Source: Macrostomum hystrix
Taxonomy: Eukaryota; Animalia; Platyhelminthes
DNA: 64,000 nucleotides
Assembly (NCBI GenBank): GCA_950097015.1
Contig: CATNEN010000011.1
Coordinates: 4,340,001 to 4,404,000, forward strand
Reading direction: 5' to 3'
Shown: one piece after another, positions 61,901-64,000 of the stretch
How the letters are laid out: each line of letters starts with the position of its first letter
Numbering within the stretch: position 1 is the first letter of the stretch
Made by a program: the position numbers and the translations under genes
Notes under the pieces: generated by a model
Told to the model about the DNA's origin: nothing
What the model saw: the letters and a program-made list of their open reading frames with translations, nothing else
The model's database searches: none

Positions 61901-63979
61901 TCTAGTAACAACAGAAAAAAACTGCCTTTTGAAGTCAGTCACACTACACTCTGCTCCATTGTACAAAGTCTCCGAGGATGACACACTATCTTCATTGGAC
62001 CCCGAAACGTCAGCAGATGCATCTTCATAACCATCAAAGCAGATAGGGCTGCTTACTCTCGGAACATGTGCACATTGCGCAGCTTCAGTCTGAAGTCCTT
62101 CTTGAAACTGTTCTAGTGTCAAGGGCACTTGAAAATCTTCATTTGGCCCAGAAGCAGGGTGGACAAACAGTTTGTCCTCTTCACTAGAGCTTGACAATGA
62201 TGCGTCTCGCTTGCAACGCTTTGATTTTCTGGCGATAGAATATGTGTGCCTTGTGCCACGAAGGGATTGCTTTTTCTTCCGCGGCTGAAAAAAGAAGGGA
62301 GATATTTAAAGTTTGATTTATTAATACATAATACATTCATGATTTCCCCAGGATGTGCATAGTAATGCAAATGCATAGCATTTACCTGACATAAAATTTT
62401 TTATTAGCACATAGTTGTAAACCTATATGCCCATTGCCCACTTAGAAACCCAAAATCATCTTAGCATTCAATGTACCCTAAAATTTTAATATACAATTTT
62501 AATTAAAACCTCTATCTGTTACTTGCCTAAACCCTATATGTAAGCAACTTACAATCTGCATGCCCAGCAGCCCTGCAATAAAATGTTATGCACTTATAAT
62601 TTTGAGATTAAATGTGCTTCTAAATGTAAAGCTTATTGTAGTCAACTGATAAGCATACAAGGCATATTATTATACCCCTCTAAAGTTAAAGATTAGTACT
62701 AACTACATTTGACTCAAACGTATAAACATGGAATAGGCTACTCTATCATCATTGCATATGAAATAAGTAGTCAAAAGCAACTGCTTATATATGACAAGCA
62801 TAGAAGAATTGAAATTGTCATTACAAAGGGCTGTACGATTTACACTCTGTAATGAGAAAAACAAAAAAGCAAAGGACACAAAAAAGCAACATACATTAGA
62901 AAAGCTGAATTATTGAAAATGAAATGCTTTATTCCTACATACAAAACAAAGTTAATTAATCAAGCTTTATTAAAGAGTACACATTCTGCATGAATGCACT
63001 TTATATTGACATTTTTGTGAGAAACAAGGTTGAATTAAAAATACTATTACATTAATGCAAATTTTAAATGAGCAAAGAACTTAGTAAAATGGTCATGAGA
63101 GGATGTCAAGAGGCTATAGCTATTGCATTGAAGAGTATAATTGAAAAGTAAATTTGAAACACATTTCATAGATTCTATATATTAGATGGCACTTATTAGA
63201 AGTCAATGACATTTTTTATTTTAAAGTGCTTTAAAATAATGATTTTATTGAAAATTGATATTTTGCATTGCAGTTTCGCTATGGATATAAGACAAAAGCA
63301 TAGTTGCAACTTTTAAATTGAAAAAAATGAATAGCGCAAGTTCTATTGAAAACAAAATAGCATAAAAACTGCTGCACATGGCAGCATGTGGTAAACCATT
63401 CCAACAAGCACTTAACTTGAAGAGCATTGCAAATAAAAATGGAAAAGTGAATAAAAATGTACTTGTTTAGCAAATGTGCACAATATGCACTAAATTGAAA
63501 AAAACTTGTAAGTCATCATGAAATATTTCTTATTAGGGATTTCACATGTTTTAAATGTCAAATAAAATTTTAAAAGACAATTTGGCAAGCACTAAATATA
63601 AAACCCACAATAATCTATAGACAAACCCAATCCCTACAACTAAGCATATGTAAATATGCACAGCAATATAGATTGAGTCTATCATATTGCTATTATGGTA
63701 TACATTTTTATAATAGACCAGAGCCTAGTGCAACAAAACATGCTCCAATATCAAGTCTGTGCACTTCATAAAATGTTATAATGTTATAATGAAAAATGTT
63801 ATAATTCAAAGACAGCTTCAAGTATGATAAAACATTTTATATAGGCCATAGTGATTAAAAGTCTTGAAGAATCAGCAGTTGTTGAAAATGTAGACAATGC
63901 TAGACAATTAGCCAATGCTTGGAATTTGGAAGTCATCCTTCCTAGAACGAATTCCTCGTCGTAGATCATTGCCAAGCTG
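58961..63979. repeat. About 1-kb direct repeats (58961-59993 and 62841-63979) flanking the E5 transposase
   Basis: Near-identical. The second copy has about 106 extra bp between gcactaaat microhomologies near 63486-63597. Confidence 0.92.
60026..62284 (-). CDS. E5 CMC/EnSpm-type DDE transposase (752 codons, no ATG of its own at the homologous start)
   Basis: LNVDG, FIADFPAK, GCTIC, PLDIMH, RWKANE, YGPLWATSAALFES; collinear with E4. Frame stays open up to the acceptor at 62285 and reads PRKKKQSL. Confidence 0.9.
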   Translation of the reverse strand, partial: PRKKKQSLRGTRHTYSIARKSKRCKRDASLSSSSEEDKLFVHPASGPNEDFQVPLTLEQFQEGLQTEAAQCAHVPRVSSPICFDGYEDASADVSGSNEDSVSSSETLYNGAECSVTDFKRQFFSVVTRHCISDAGTSSMLTLIAQILPRPNRCPTMYEINSDSTLEIRNVSEVQLVGGVCYLLDLASQLQNLIDKHPTVLEPPIVHNDGNYYDITSGSMFSLKQNTTSAKWLYLLLNVDGVATRQISKGFHLWPMSLAVVNLEPRERRRFENIILLAVYYGETKPDAQKFLEVVKTHLGDFSIQLDTVNVRLSFLAFIADFPAKADFLNMQQFNSRTGCTICPVEGQYNQAYKKMTYPPEAQCGTLRSSRIHRIHAHAATPRKPVFGVKGLTLLRKFVPVPTGAPLDIMHLAYLNVTRKMLVFGEKHKLFDPIDISDALINIRMPRQFTRQPRRLDVLKRWKANELKSALLYFIVPLLVMKASCSKFAFLLALISTSVYVLSGACIPNSHLSDVKLLIQCFQYNLRSWFGTASCTMTVHALSHLADQVSLYGPLWATSAALFESFFGQLMSQVRGTGNEATMLIKKFIRRKLSDDVARSGAGADAQPLQPSRDSIQLGGIRSLCVNGNVFTTAAADKDRRTVSHLAVCKIAGEFYFLRINEIVRRGCTFFFLCHLFYYRRDLILRGKFASLDMLHRNAMPLLEKHLQFFSLFGGCAIAVKSECAVTHFIAVCRSRSRRHIFAVPVINNFEHD

Positions 63980-64000
63980 GTTTATAGCATCCCGAGCAGC
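63908..64000 (-). CDS. C-terminal end of the E5 BEN accessory gene
   Basis: AARDAINQLGNDLRRGIRSRKDDFQIPSIG* matches the E4 and E2 endings (IARDAANQLGNDIRRG, AREAANQLGNDLKRG). Confidence 0.85.
   Translation of the reverse strand, partial: AARDAINQLGNDLRRGIRSRKDDFQIPSIG

Larger units (their letters stand above)
58155..64000 (-). mobile_element. CMC/EnSpm element E5 (right end outside the window)
   Basis: Starts cccgggaaaaaaaaacattgtaaacttttaaagt; subterminal array; intact transposase; BEN gene tail at the window edge. Confidence 0.88.

Overview
Eukaryotic (metazoan) genomic DNA. The spliceosomal introns, very long CAG/CAA poly-Gln and poly-Ala exons and gene content suggest a free-living flatworm such as Macrostomum (inference). 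Bases 1-20.5 kb are host genes: a 4-exon syd-1/RhoGAP100F-type PDZ-C2-RhoGAP gene (+, phases close, 1022 aa), a 2-exon divergent Oxa1/Cox18/YidC gene (-), tRNA-derived SINEs, small MITEs and an Hsp70 stub. From 25.1 kb to the end is one nested transposon stack that can be resolved by TSDs. A CMC/EnSpm end (E1) contains a Gypsy element (G1, 25570-57964). G1 contains CMC elements E2 and E3. E3 contains a hAT MITE, a second Gypsy (G2) and a complete CMC element E4, which contains a MULE-like MITE and a SINE. A further CMC element (E5) starts at 58155. Main candidate system: two-gene CMC transposons pairing a BEN-fold gene (BEND5-like layout) with a DDE transposase. Their ends carry helically phased arrays of an ACTT-N3-AAGT palindrome. 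Each gene begins at a 3' splice acceptor, and in E5 the acceptor replaces the transposase Met1, which would fit use of the AUG at the end of a flatworm spliced leader. All calls are by eye; no searches were run.
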